A stretch of DNA of 64,000 nucleotides, taken from assembly GCF_964355755.1 (NCBI RefSeq), contig NC_092680.1:3162001-3226000 (forward strand), in the 5' to 3' direction. Of this stretch, positions 40,601 to 52,626 are shown piece after piece; the first letter of the stretch is position 1; each line of letters begins with the position of its first letter. Origin of the DNA: Antedon mediterranea. Its lineage: Eukaryota > Animalia > Echinodermata. The translations under genes and the position numbers were made by a program. Below the pieces are notes generated by a model, which saw only the letters and a list, made by a program, of their open reading frames with translations, was not told where the DNA came from and did no database searches.

Positions 40601-43600
40601 GACCAATGGAAAGATAGTAACAGGAATATATCTGTAATTTTATAGGTCTTAATTCTACCTATACATCATGGGGTCCTAATGAACCTAGTGGTGATGGGAA
40701 TTGCGTCAACCTGTTGAAAGTACACGGGTATAATTGGTGCGATGAAGGTTGTGATAAATCATCAAGGTACATTTGTAGTTACGGTGAGTAACATTTAAAT
40801 GGCCACTATAATACTGAGAGATTATCGCGTTGAATTATTGTTTTAAATAGCTATGACGTAACAGACCATACAAAAAATGTACTTATTATTATTATGTTAA
40901 AGCTTATTAAAATCTTGAGTTATCTGTATCTTTAAAATAGGCGGAAATGAATAGCACGCCCTACTATTGCTTTCTGCATTTTGCAAAGTACTGTTGTATT
41001 TTTTGCTTTTTTCGCTTTTTCATACTCTTTTGAACAGATTATACTGATACTGTTACTTTCTGTGGGTTTCCTGGTGGTATACTGAACGGATTTGTTTTAG
41101 ACGATGCAAATGATAAATACGACATAGGAGATGTTGTTCGCTACGATTGCATAAACGGCTACGATATGAAAGGATCACCTAATGTCACATGTACAAATAA
41201 TGTTAAATGGGAAAATAAACCATTCTGTGAGGGTTAGTAAGAATTTTTGTTTGTTTAGAAATAGTCAACTTACAAACGTTATTAACAAACATTTTTTTCT
41301 CGCTCCTATAAAAACATTTTCTAAATGTATGTTTCGTTTTAATTAGCGGTAACGTGCACATCTACCCCACACAACATTGAATTTGCTTCTTTTAAAAATG
41401 TGTCAGCTGCCAAGTACGGTGACGTGGTTGTGTACGAATGTTTGGATAATTACACTATGGTGGGATTTGGTGTTTCAACGTGCTTAGCTAATGCGACATG
41501 GAGTTATCCAGAATTTACTTGTGAAGGTATATTAACACATCACATCCAATCCATGTTGACATATCTAATTAGATTTTCTTAAGTTTTTTTCTTCAAGAAA
41601 TTATTATTTTGTAAATTTATAGTCCGATGACACGTATCACACCTATAAACCCGTGTCGCCGTGAGGAGCGAGGACACACGTCCCAATATTTGCGCATGTG
41701 CACAACTAACTAACATGACATAGTTTGGTCATTGACCGTCACAAATTGAAAGATTTTTTATACCCGACGACTCTTCTCCGTTCTTTCTATCGACTCTGTA
41801 TTATTAATTCTTTATTGAAAAAGCTCCGTGATGAATAACATTACAGAAAAGGGAATTTGTTTATCGGTGAAGGAACGAATGATATCTTGATATTAAAAAC
41901 TTTTGATTATGCAGATACATCTGACAGAGAAATTATTTCAACAAGTGAATATCCGGGAACGTTAGATATGACAACTAGCACAACAATCGTAACTCACATA
42001 CAACAAACGGACAGTAAAGCATCAACAACACAGAAATTGCTGACAACAAGAGACATATCAGTAACTAATACAAAACAAACTGTAGAAGGGACAATCTCAA
42101 CACATGCGACGACCGCCGAAACAACAACTCCAACACAGCACACAGCTGGTATGGCATCAAAGACCGAAAAAGAACAGACGACAAAACATATATCAGTAAC
42201 TAATACAAGAAAAACAACCGCCGATATTGTATCGAAAACACAGAAAATGCTAACAACGAAACAAATACCGGTGGTAAATACTGATGATGCTTTATCAACT
42301 CAATCACAGAAGGCAACGGTTTTCACAAAAAGAACGCAGACAGCACAAGAGGAATTCACAACTAAGCCTTCAAAAACAGAAGAGTCGACGTCATCGTTAC
42401 GTACAAAGGAAAGTGAATTGACATCCAATCGTCAACCAAAACAGACTAACACGACTGAAGCAAAACCGACGACCATCACAAAAGGTATGTGCTTTGTCTA
42501 AATTCAAATTTGTTCTAATCAAGTTAAGCTATATTCACACTTAATTTCACGGAACGGAAGATGGCGCCGTTCAATTCTGTATATGATTTTCATTTTCCAA
42601 TATTTAACAATACAGCGCCGTCTTCTATTCCGTGAAATGGAACAAGTGTGAATATAACTGTAGTCCTTATTCTCTACAGTAATCGAGTGTTTCGTTGCTT
42701 AAGAGAAACAAACTACCTCTAAAGTTTCTGAACACATTCATGATTTATATAATTTGATCAAATCATTTTACATGTTTTCTTTGAATCAATTACGTCGTGA
42801 ACCTTTAAAAAGAACGTAATTTATTTATGTATTATGTTCATTCATGATTTTATAAGTTGATTTTTGAAAGCGAGAGTGATGAAGTATATTGTGTACATGA
42901 ATGTGTCTATGTAATACCCGATTCTGCAGCTGTCACTAGATACGAGTCTAGCTGATGTAGTAAGTGTATGTTAAATAGATCCATTAACGAATGAATAAAC
43001 ATGCTAAGGAATGAAACTTTAAATTTCAGAATCAGAATCTACCAAAAATCCAGATAAAGGAATGGAAGTCGGATTGATAGGTCAGTAACTTCTTTAATGT
43101 TTTAAATGAAATGCAGCATCTAAGATATCAATATTATCACTGAATAATTTTCATTATATTAATCATTATCACCACAACAATAAGTAATACTTTATTACTT
43201 TTTAATTATAGTAACAATTGCAATACTCGGTGTATCAGTGATCATCGTGGCTGGTGGACTAGTGTTTTGGTTGGTTGTTAGATTTACCAAGCCTAGGTAT
43301 AAATAATAAATCAATATTTATAGAATGATACAATCGTTTTAAACATCTTCCCATCTCCATCTCTTCTGCAATCTGCCGTCAACATATACTACAAATGTTG
43401 ATAAATGGTCATGGTTTGTGTTGCTTTAGTGGATGACGTCATGCACCCTCAATTCCTCACTTATTTATAATAATCAATATTTATATAAATTGACTGGTAT
43501 TAAATATATGTTGTAGTAACGTCAGTGACGTCACAAAGAAACACAAAGTAGTTGACTCATAGGTACAAAAGTCATTCAACTGTTTACGCCTTGTGACAAA

Positions 43601-43684
43601 TGTGTTGTCTCTTGCAGAGAAGTTGCTCCTGGTACCAAAGAAGTGCCGATCGAACTTATGCCTCAATCTAACACAGTTAACTAA
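37615..43684 (+). CDS. Gene 2: 13-exon paralog, CCP2-CTL2-CCP2, short mucin stalk, TM, short tail (~808 aa)
   Basis: Exons 37615-37681, 38127-38309, 38604-38783, 38965-39210, 39683-39820, 40052-40378 (followed by a GC donor), 40646-40783, 41038-41232, 41347-41526, 41915-42484, 43030-43080, 43212-43296 (TM VTIAILGVSVIIVAGGLVFWLVV), 43618-43684. Exon 2-9 lengths are identical to gene 1. Total 2427 nt in frame. Confidence 0.82.
42527..42659. mobile_element. Short MITE in gene 2 intron 10
   Basis: Imperfect inverted termini agctatattcacactt..atttcacggaacggaagatggcgc and gcgccgtcttctattccgtgaaat..aagtgtgaatataact. Confidence 0.6.
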
Positions 43685-44348
43685 CACTAACATCTGACAG
43701 AAACACTGTCTTCAACTGAAAGAACAGCGATTTAATGATGAAACTAGTGGATTAAATGAAGAAAACGAAATGTGTAAAATGGTCTTTTTAGTGGCAATTG
43801 CACTGTACTGAAATACAACATCGCTGTGAGCATATTCTAAATTTCAAAATAAATAAAAGTTATTACAATCACAGATTCGAAGCACATCTATCGAATATTC
43901 TTCTATATCGTCTATTTATAGTCTTTCAGTCCATCAATTTCGAGTTTTGTCTTGTTTGTGTTAGTCCATCACTCGGCATTTCGATTTTTGTCTTGTTTAT
44001 CATTTTTGTCTGGAATCGAGCTAAAGCATTATACGTATAAAAAACGATGTGTGCCAAAATGCTTATCTTTTTACCAATGTTTAAGTCGAAATGCAGTAAC
44101 TATACTTACGCCTACGTTATACAGGGCAGAATAAGGTGAAATAGAATGCCTCTGTCAATCAATCAAATACAAATATATATAATAGGTCGGTATACTATGA
44201 GCCCTCCAAAACTATCTAATCTTATCAATACAAAAAACAAAGCATATAGGTTCTTAAGTCACATGACATTGATATGATGACCATTGTGGTAGGCCTAAAC
44301 CATTTCCATTTACCTCTTCCAGAACTTTTTCTGTCATTAACACAAGTA

Positions 44349-44665
44349 TTGTTTGTTTGTTTGTTTTATCTTTATACTGGGTGACCTCTTCAGTCAAAGA
44401 CTGATCTCCCAGAGGGCCCAGTTGGTGATCAGTGGCTGTGATGTACTAGTACACCGGGGTAACCCCCTACTCGTCTCGAAAGATGTACTAGGTTCTTTAA
44501 AGTGCACACGAGCAAGTTGTGTACACTGGACCTACGGTTTATAGTCCTTATCCGATAAGACTCGTTCTACCACCAGAACCATGGAGTGAGTGAGCCTCGA
44601 ACCCCTGCCGATGTTATGGCTACGTGATTACGGTTCCACTGTCTTAACCGCTCGGCCACTCACTC
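44349..44665 (-). mobile_element. Second full-length copy of the Deu-like SINE
   Basis: Reverse complement of 16806-17122 with few substitutions. Confidence 0.88.
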
Positions 44666-44872
44666 AGTACTAAAATAACAAAAGACATTTTGATTTTGTA
44701 TACATGTACGGTTTTATATTTTAAAAATGATAGGCCTACTTACATAATTAGTAATTAATATTATTTGAAGGAATAGAATATACTAGTACAACAGATCAAA
44801 AACCAATAGATGCACTGATTATATTTAAATAACATAATATAAAACTGACTCCAAATTACGAGAGGCAAGCCA

Positions 44873-44909
44873 TTCAACGTTTCGATCTTTATTTGATCAT
44901 CATCAGGAA
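44873..44909 (-). ncRNA. Minimal type-I hammerhead ribozyme motif (Penelope-like element type)
   Basis: Minus strand reads ttc-CTGATGA-t-GATC-aaataaa-GATC-GAAAC-GTT-gaa: intact core, 4-bp stem II, ttc/gaa helix I and palindromic AACGTT at helix III. Confidence 0.6.
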
Positions 44910-45786
44910 AAATAATTCCAAAGGCAAAAAAGAAGTTTTGCACAGTTAACTCTAAGTTATTAAAGATTTTGCGTGCGCATCTGCGTTCATAAGTCTTTAT
45001 TCCCATGCGATAACTTTCTTTTCAGTTAGGCCAACGTAATTACGTTAATGACTAGAAAATAGTGATACTTAATACACAACTACATTTATTATCTTCTTCT
45101 TATTATTTCATTGATGATATTTGTTGGTTTGAATCATTCAAATGATTATCTACCAAAAACGATACTTTACTCTCCCGTGCTAATGATGGCATTGCAACAC
45201 TAGCCCTAGTTCCAACCATGTGCCAACAATGAATGTCCTTTCAACCCACTTATCGGTTTTACTTTCAGATAATCATAACTCTTGTTCTTATGCATTTGAC
45301 TATGTAAACAAACTGGTTATCTTTATCCGACCGTTTTTGTATTCACATTTAGATAGCAACGCCTGTCTTTGTGAATGATATCTAACAGAATTAAATAATC
45401 ATAATCCAATTAGAAATTAAAAACGTGAAAGATTAAAACGGTGTTGGATAAGTGAGAAGGGACGACGCGAACCAACGCCTAACACTATAAACTTAACGTA
45501 TGTAAATTTATGTAAGTATTGTTTATCTTCCTAACAGTATTTTTTTAGGAATATTAATTTAGTTTGATTCATTACCAAGCAACAGTCTTGAAAACCGCTT
45601 CCTATTGGTCTCTATGGTCTCTATATCAATCGTGTTCCATAAACTCTGGACATTAAGTGAACACGAAAGAAATTTATAATCGAAATGGACCCGATGAAAC
45701 TGGCCCTTTGGACTTCTTTATTGCTATAAATGTGTAATTGTGTGTGGTTTTGTTTTTAGTACTGTGAACAATCTCTCACCGAAGAA

Positions 45787-48700
45787 ATGTTCAGCCGAAG
45801 AAGGATCGAGTTACTCTTGATTTGTCTGCTAAGTTGTGCTATACAATGTGAAGGTACAGTACAATTTTGTTTTAAAATTACCGTTTATCTCGATTATGGT
45901 AACTTTGTCCAACATCGGCAACTGCATGCATCCTCCTGCAGGCCAGTTACTACTACTACTATACGGTGAATTCTATCGATTTTTTCTGACGAGAAGTTAA
46001 TTAAGGATTAGATAAAACTTGGTTGCTTTGTTCATAGGTCTGTTTCTTTTGATGGGCATTCGGAAACTGAAGGTTAGGCCATTTCGTTGAATAATAGGCA
46101 TAGGCATACGTTGCATTTACCCGAGGTTATGATGTAATTGGCCAATAAATTGTAATTTTGTTTTGCCCTGTTTCAACTGTAATTACTGTTAATTTGTTTT
46201 GCATTTAATAAGGTTCATAGATATTTTGAATCCACCGAGAATGTTGTTTATATCACTTTCATAATAACGACTTCATCAAGTTGGAGATAAATTATTTAAT
46301 TAAAGATGTTGGCTAACGTAATGGTTATATTTATAGTAGGCGCTAATGTTGATTTACTATTTTTATCTGAAACAAATGCGAAATCTGTCCTGTTTTTCAC
46401 TTTCTTCAATTAGGTCTACGTTATTATTTTATGTTATAAATGGTTTTGTTTAAGAAGACTACCTAATTGTACTTTTGTTTAGTGGATTGCTTATTATTAT
46501 TAGAAGAAGACTAGTAAATTAAAAAATAATTATTTATTAAATTAATATTAGAAATTCTTATTTCAAAAAGCCTTCTTTGATATTTATAATATAAAGTCTA
46601 CATTTAAAATGGTCAAAGAGTATTAATCCAGACTCTAGTGGTAAGTTAAATTTGTATTAGTTATCATTTAGGTCCTTGGGTGGATGGTAAATAATAAATC
46701 AGATAAGATGTTCGTTTGGACCAATCAGAACAATCGGTTTAAATATTCACGATTTCATTGTAAAGTTTACGTGTAAATATTATTAATCTACCATGGAAAC
46801 TACACGATCAAGATAAAGATTCAGGTGAATTTTAAAGGTATCTGAACTACTGACGTAACTAGAATTTATGACTACTGCATACGTGAATAATAAAGTTTAA
46901 GTAGCCAGTTCCCAAAAACCTGGTCGATATTTGAACTAAGATTACAAAAAGCAATAATATGTAAAAAGATATTACAAATTTCTCATCGATTCTAATCGAC
47001 ATATCAAGAGACAAAATGTTATAGAATACTACATGAATTAGATTGAATTATTACATATATAGAAATAACTAATACAAATAATAATTTAGAATTATCGAAA
47101 TAAACTGTTAATATTCTATTTCTAATGGCATAGGTTCAACGGAGGATTATACTGACCAGACGATTACAATTACTGAAGTAGAGCAGACATTCGATACTAC
47201 ATCCATAACGGAAGAAACCTCACCAACAGAAATGTCAACAACAGCTTCAGAAACAACTGCTGGTACGACAGTCACAAAAGATTTTTTTTTTAAACCATAT
47301 TTAAAGAGGGTGATCCATCCAGCAATTGCTGATCATTAGGGACCCTCAGAGGTTCATAAGACAAACCTATATACGAGATGCTCTACATAAACAAAGTCTT
47401 ATTACAAGTCTTTGGGAGTGGAGTTGTAATTTTGTCCTTAGAAAAAATCCTGACATGTGACGGGACTTGAACCCAGGAGCCTTGGAGTGGTAGCCAAGCA
47501 TCATAACCACCAAGCCACAACTCCACTCCTTACAGGTAGTATAGGTACAGTAGGCCTATGCATCAAATAGACCAAACCATGGAATGAAGAAACATGGTCT
47601 AACCAAGGAAATCTAACAAGCAGGATTTATATGTGGCTGCGACACGATCACTTCCATGCCTCTTAACAGACACTGCGTGCCGCGGAGTATGTACATAGTA
47701 CATTGTTGGTATTTGTCACAGCCAGACATAAGATCAAAGGACTGTTACGAGTTCCCATTTGGAAAGGCGAGCTCAGTGTCCTGTTGTTAGATTACCTTGG
47801 TCTAACCAAGGCAATCTAACAAGCAGGATGCTGAGCTCAAAGGATTTATCTGTGGCTGCGACACGATCACTTTCATGCCTCTTAATAGACGCTGCGTGCC
47901 GCGCGGAGTATAGTACAGTACTGTTGGTATTTGTCACAGCCAGACATAAGATCAAAGGACTGTTACGAGTTCCCATTTGGAAAGGCGAGCTCAGTGTCCT
48001 GTTGTTAGAATACCTTGGTCTAACCAAGTTCTTTATTACAATTGCAATTCTACACAGTAGTATATTATTTTGATTGATTGAATAATCAACGAGATACAAA
48101 TCTATATTGATTAGTAAATGGTAATGATTGCTATTCATATTTATTAAAATAAAGCTATCAATTCAAGTAATGCAGGTTTCATTAATCACATTACATTTTG
48201 AAACATATCTTCTGAACCTTTTTTAAGATCGAAGTCTTTTTCCATGGTTCAATTCAAAACAACTGACGCATTATTCTCAAATCGGTCTTCTTATATAATT
48301 CAAAAGGATTGTAACTTTATCTTTGAAATTATTTATTAACAATTGTTGAGAAATATACATTAAGGTTTAGGCATGTTTAAATTTCAGAGTCAGAAAGTAC
48401 CCAAAAGCCAGATGAAGGAATGGAAGTCTGGTTGATAGGTGAGTAGGCCTAATGTCTTTATGTTTTGTAAAGATCTAAAAGCTCTGTCTACACTATCAAA
48501 CTAGTCTGAAAAAGTGTGATGTTCCCAAATATGATAATTATATGGCCAAATATGGTATTGATATGCCCAAATATGGTAGTGATATGACATCATCATGTCC
48601 ATATATGGGCACATCACATTTTTTTGTCACATAAAGTTTGATAGTGTAGATGGTGATGGTGGTATTCGATTTACTTTTTTGTTGTTTTTTGTAGTTTCTA

Positions 48701-49784
48701 ATTGTGTTATATTATTTATATGTTATCTTTTGTTTTGAGGAGCCTATTCACTACAAGCTATGCTTTCTTTTTGGCTCCTCCAATTTATATTTATATATTT
48801 GTAAAGTGAAATAAAATGAAATGAAAATGAATGAAATGAATACAACCTTAAATTGTTCATTTCCATCGTCAGCATCACTATCTTGTTTTTCATTACAGTA
48901 ACAATCGTAATAGTCAGTGTGTTAGTTATCGCCTTAACTGCGGGATTGGTGACATGGATGGTTATGCGATATACCAAATCTAGGTAAAATATCATTGAAG
49001 TATTATTAGTAATTTTATTGTTTGCTATCAATGTTTACACTAATCTTTATGTTGCTCAGACCAACATTATAATATTAAATTTAAACAAGAAACATAATAA
49101 TTAAATTATGATTATGAAGATGATATGGTGTTTTTAGAAAAGTGATGCTCATTATTTCTACTGGAACGAAATAACGATTTTGCATTTTCCATTCTATCCA
49201 ATATTGTAAACTTAAAAGATGTATTGTCCCCTAAAAACATGAAAAATGAAAATTAATTAAATCAGACGTTGAATATGTTATTTTGTAGTTTTAATAAAGT
49301 TAATCACTTCCATAGAAAACAAAAGGGAAAAAAATAAAGCTTTCACCTATAAATTAACTAAATAAATGGTTAAATTCAACCAAAAACCCACTGGCTGGCA
49401 GCCAATTTGGCCATTTTTTGCTTTAAATTCCAGTTTTTCAGGTAAATACATTTTTTTGATCCACTTTCGAGTCAAAGTGAATTGCTATTAAAATGGCATG
49501 TTCAACAAAAATGTTAAGAATTAAGAATTATTTTTTCAGGGGGACAATACATTATTTTACCAGAATAATTAATAAGACGGTGCATGCATATAAAGGCCGT
49601 TTTGTCAATTAATGTTGTGCGTCAGTTTACATAAGATCTTTCAGAGAAGCTTTTTTTATTGATGATTTATACTGTAATAACATTTTATTTTATCAGAAAA
49701 GTTGCTCCAACTGAAGAAACACCGGTTGAACTTATGTCACAATCCAGCTCATTGTCTGAAACTGAAAAACCATTGGTTGAATAA
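45787..49784 (+). CDS. Gene 3: 5-exon small mucin-like (glycophorin-like) type-I membrane protein without CCP/CTL domains (~139 aa)
   Basis: Exons 45787-45853 (signal MFSRRRIELLLICLLSCAIQCE), 47134-47262 (Thr/Glu-rich), 48388-48438 (ESESTQKPDEGMEVWLI), 48899-48983 (TM), 49697-49784 (RKVAPTEETPVELMSQ...). Total 420 nt in frame. Exons 1, 3 and 4 match gene 2 exons 1, 11 and 12 in length and sequence; exon 5 is homologous to gene 2 exon 13 but longer. Confidence 0.78.
47292..47530 (-). mobile_element. tRNA-derived SINE family 2 (other copies 11527-11745; 3' fragments 645-700 and 5430-5475)
   Basis: Minus strand begins ggagtggagttgtggcttggtggtta (A box) and contains gggttcaagtccc (B box). The shared end reads accatatttaa.gagggtgatccatccagcaattgctgatca on the + strand, next to poly-T, in four places. 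Confidence 0.8.
47604..48017. mobile_element. Tandem dimer of a ~200-bp P-like MITE (TIR CAAGG.AATCTAACAA), units bounded by the 7-bp TSD GTCTAAC
   Basis: gtctaac at 47597, 47800 and 48018 bounds units 47604-47799 and 47807-48017, each running caagg...ccttg. Confidence 0.82.
49217..49553. mobile_element. Non-autonomous DNA transposon remnant (TIR agatgtattgtcccct; Kolobok-like, tentative); partial copy at 61885-62030
   Basis: ttaa..agatgtattgtcccct and aggggacaatacat termini. Second copy ttaaagatgtatttcccccataaaacatgaaaaat. Confidence 0.55.
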
Positions 49785-51230
49785 AAACAAATATTAAAGC
49801 CTGAAATATAAGCTTGAATGACGAAAACTAACGAACATGCAAAAATATACGTTCGTTGCCTTCAAATGTGTTTGAAGAAATCACTATTGTTAACATAGGT
49901 TAAATGAAGATAACATATAGAAACAACTTTGACATTCCACATTTACTAAAATTGCTTTTGTTATGTGAGAGTATACCGGTACTAAACAAATAATTTTGGT
50001 TTGTATATACTGTACTAATATTATAAGTAGTTAAATAAAGAATATACATTATAAAATGTTAGTTATCCCCCTTTGTACATGTAAATTCTGTACATTAAAA
50101 TAAATGAAAATATCACCGATTTTAAGAAATTCTCAAATTTTATTATTAATTTTTTTTTTTGTTAATTGATATTTTCCTAATAACTTTTCCAAATAATTAT
50201 GTTTCTTTTTCTCTCTCTGTTATATAAAATATTCAACTCTACTCCCTCAAAAAAAATGTTTACCTAATAGATAGAACGAACTTAAGGGTATGTTCAGACT
50301 CACGGCGTTAAGGTGGTGTTATGTAAGCGGCGTACATATGTTTGTGTCTGAACTAGAACCCGTGTACAAAACAAGGACAGACAAAACCTACAAAGTTTAT
50401 CTTTGGTTGCCATGGCTTTAGTTAGTTTAGAGTTCAGTAGCTTTTATTTGGTTATTAGTGTTATCTTACCATCCATTAGGCCCAGTTACCAAAACAGTGA
50501 ACGTTACAAACTGATTGGAATGACCATTGAATAAATAAAGTATTATTTATTTAGGATCGAAAGGGGTCAATTATATTTATCAAAAGGACCAGTAAGCCTA
50601 CCGGTATAACCTATACATTTAAAACAATAATACAATATTGATGCAAGGAAATTATAAAGTATTATCGTTCCTATTCTTAATTGGATGATTTCGTATCACA
50701 TGCCATGCATTATTTAGGTACATTGCACGCTAATGTACCCGATTGACTCGATCAAATGTTTGGATAGGCTGGTGAATAATTCGTGATCCAAAACCAACAT
50801 GAACTCTATTACGCAGAAAAACATCAGTGCGCCTTTTTCACATGGTCAGCATTTGATACAATATACCAGGGAGATGTAAAATAAATGTATGGTATTTAAT
50901 TTACATCTTCTTGAATATACAGGATACAATGGAATCGGCGAAATAATCAGTCGTTAAATAGAGTGATATGTTCCTATTCAATGCGTCTTCCTCGTTGCAT
51001 TGAATAGTCAATCTTTCCAATCATGAACGTATTTCTCTCTAAATAAATTTACCTCCATGATGTAATGTAATTATGTCATGTGTCATTATTTTTTGGAGTT
51101 AATTTCACTTCCAAGAAGGAAAAAAAGATGTTAGTAGAGGTATTGTAAGACTGTTTAAAGTTGTTATTTTGTTTGATGTTTTTATTCGTGTCTATTTTAA
51201 TTGTTATTTTATATATTTGTTCTCTCATAA

Positions 51231-51766
51231 AGCTTGGTTCCCACTAGAACGTAACGCAAGGACGTAAACGCAACGCAAGCGTTTTAACCAATGGCAAGCG
51301 GAGTTATAGACAGTTAGCAATCACAAGCGAATAAGCCATCGCTTGTAAAGCGTGGTTCCCACTAGAACGTAACGCAAGGACGTAAACGCAACGCAAGCGT
51401 TTTAACCAATGACAAGCGGAGTTATAGACAGTTAGCAATCACAAGCGAATAAGCCATCGCTTGTAAAGCGTGGTTCCCACTAGAACGTAACGCAAGGACG
51501 TAAACGCAACGCAAGCGTTTTAACCAATGACAAGCGGAGTTATAGACAGTTAGCAATCACAAGCGAATAAGCCATCGCTTGTAAAGCGTGGTTCCCACTA
51601 GAACGTAACGCAAGGACGTAAACGCAACGCAAGCGTTTTAACCAATGACAAGTGAAGTTATAGACAGTTAGCAATCACAAGCGAATAAGCCATCGCTTGT
51701 GATTGGTCAATTCACTTCTTGCGTTGCGTTACGTCCTTGCGTTGCGTCGCTAGTGGGAACCACGCT
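51231..51766. repeat. 118-bp tandem array (4 units) derived from the left part of the same MITE
   Basis: Units start at 51231, 51349, 51467 and 51585. Only the last unit continues to the right TIR (ctagtgggaaccacgct). Confidence 0.92.
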
Positions 51767-52626
51767 TGAGCCAGGCTTGGCTAGTCTTGTAAACAAGAAT
51801 GTGAATAAGTAAATAAATAAATGAATAAAATATAAACAAAATGTCAAACTAATGGAAAAATCATTATATGACTAACAGTTGCTGAATCCAAATAGAGATT
51901 AAAAAAAAAGTAAGATAAGCACGATAACATGTTAAAACAAACATAAAAATAATTGTTTGTCGAAAAGATTACGTTTACATATCAAGTAATTTTAATGATT
52001 ATTACAATATTATTGTTGCCAAGTAGCTTGACTATGTGTGACTTATAGGTGGACAAGGACGACGTCACCTACGTTAGTCGCTTAATACAGTAGATTACTT
52101 AAAACTATCTCAATCTGATTGGCAAGTCACTGAATAAACTATATCTTACCGTTTGCGAAATAATACTTTTTTGGCAGGTCTAACGCAGACAGGTTAAAGT
52201 AAAGGTAAGACCTTTCAATCATTATGATCCATAATTCCTAATTTATAGCAAAACCTTATTGTTATACATTATGCATGATTTGCCATAACTAAAATAATGT
52301 AGAGTTTGAAGAACTATTACAAATAAAACCTTTGTATAATTTGTAGTTCTATATGTTTGAAGCCTACATTCGTAAGATATGGTAGTTTTCCTTTAGATAG
52401 ACATTCGTATTACTGTATATCCAATATTATTAAAAATAATAACGGTAACTTTTCTTTATAGAGTTTGTGCTAAAAGAGACGTGGATAATACATGTAAAGT
52501 TTTGCAATAACGCAGTTATGGAAAATGTGACATATATTATGTTTCTATGATATAATCCAAGGTTTTGAAAATGATTACAATGAAAATAAGGAGATATCAT
52601 AATCATACTAAATGTTCGTAATCGAG

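Noticed and set aside
42930-42959. Possible extra exon in gene 2 (ctgcag...gtaagt)
   Set aside because: In the required phase it contains a TGA stop, and the model is complete without it.
47759-48138. Overlapping 104-aa and 121-aa ORFs
   Set aside because: They lie within a non-autonomous MITE dimer and show no transposase or other domain motifs.
51231-51766. CRISPR-like regular array
   Set aside because: Units are near-identical along their whole length with no unique spacers, there are no cas genes, the context is eukaryotic, and the array matches a MITE at 55353.
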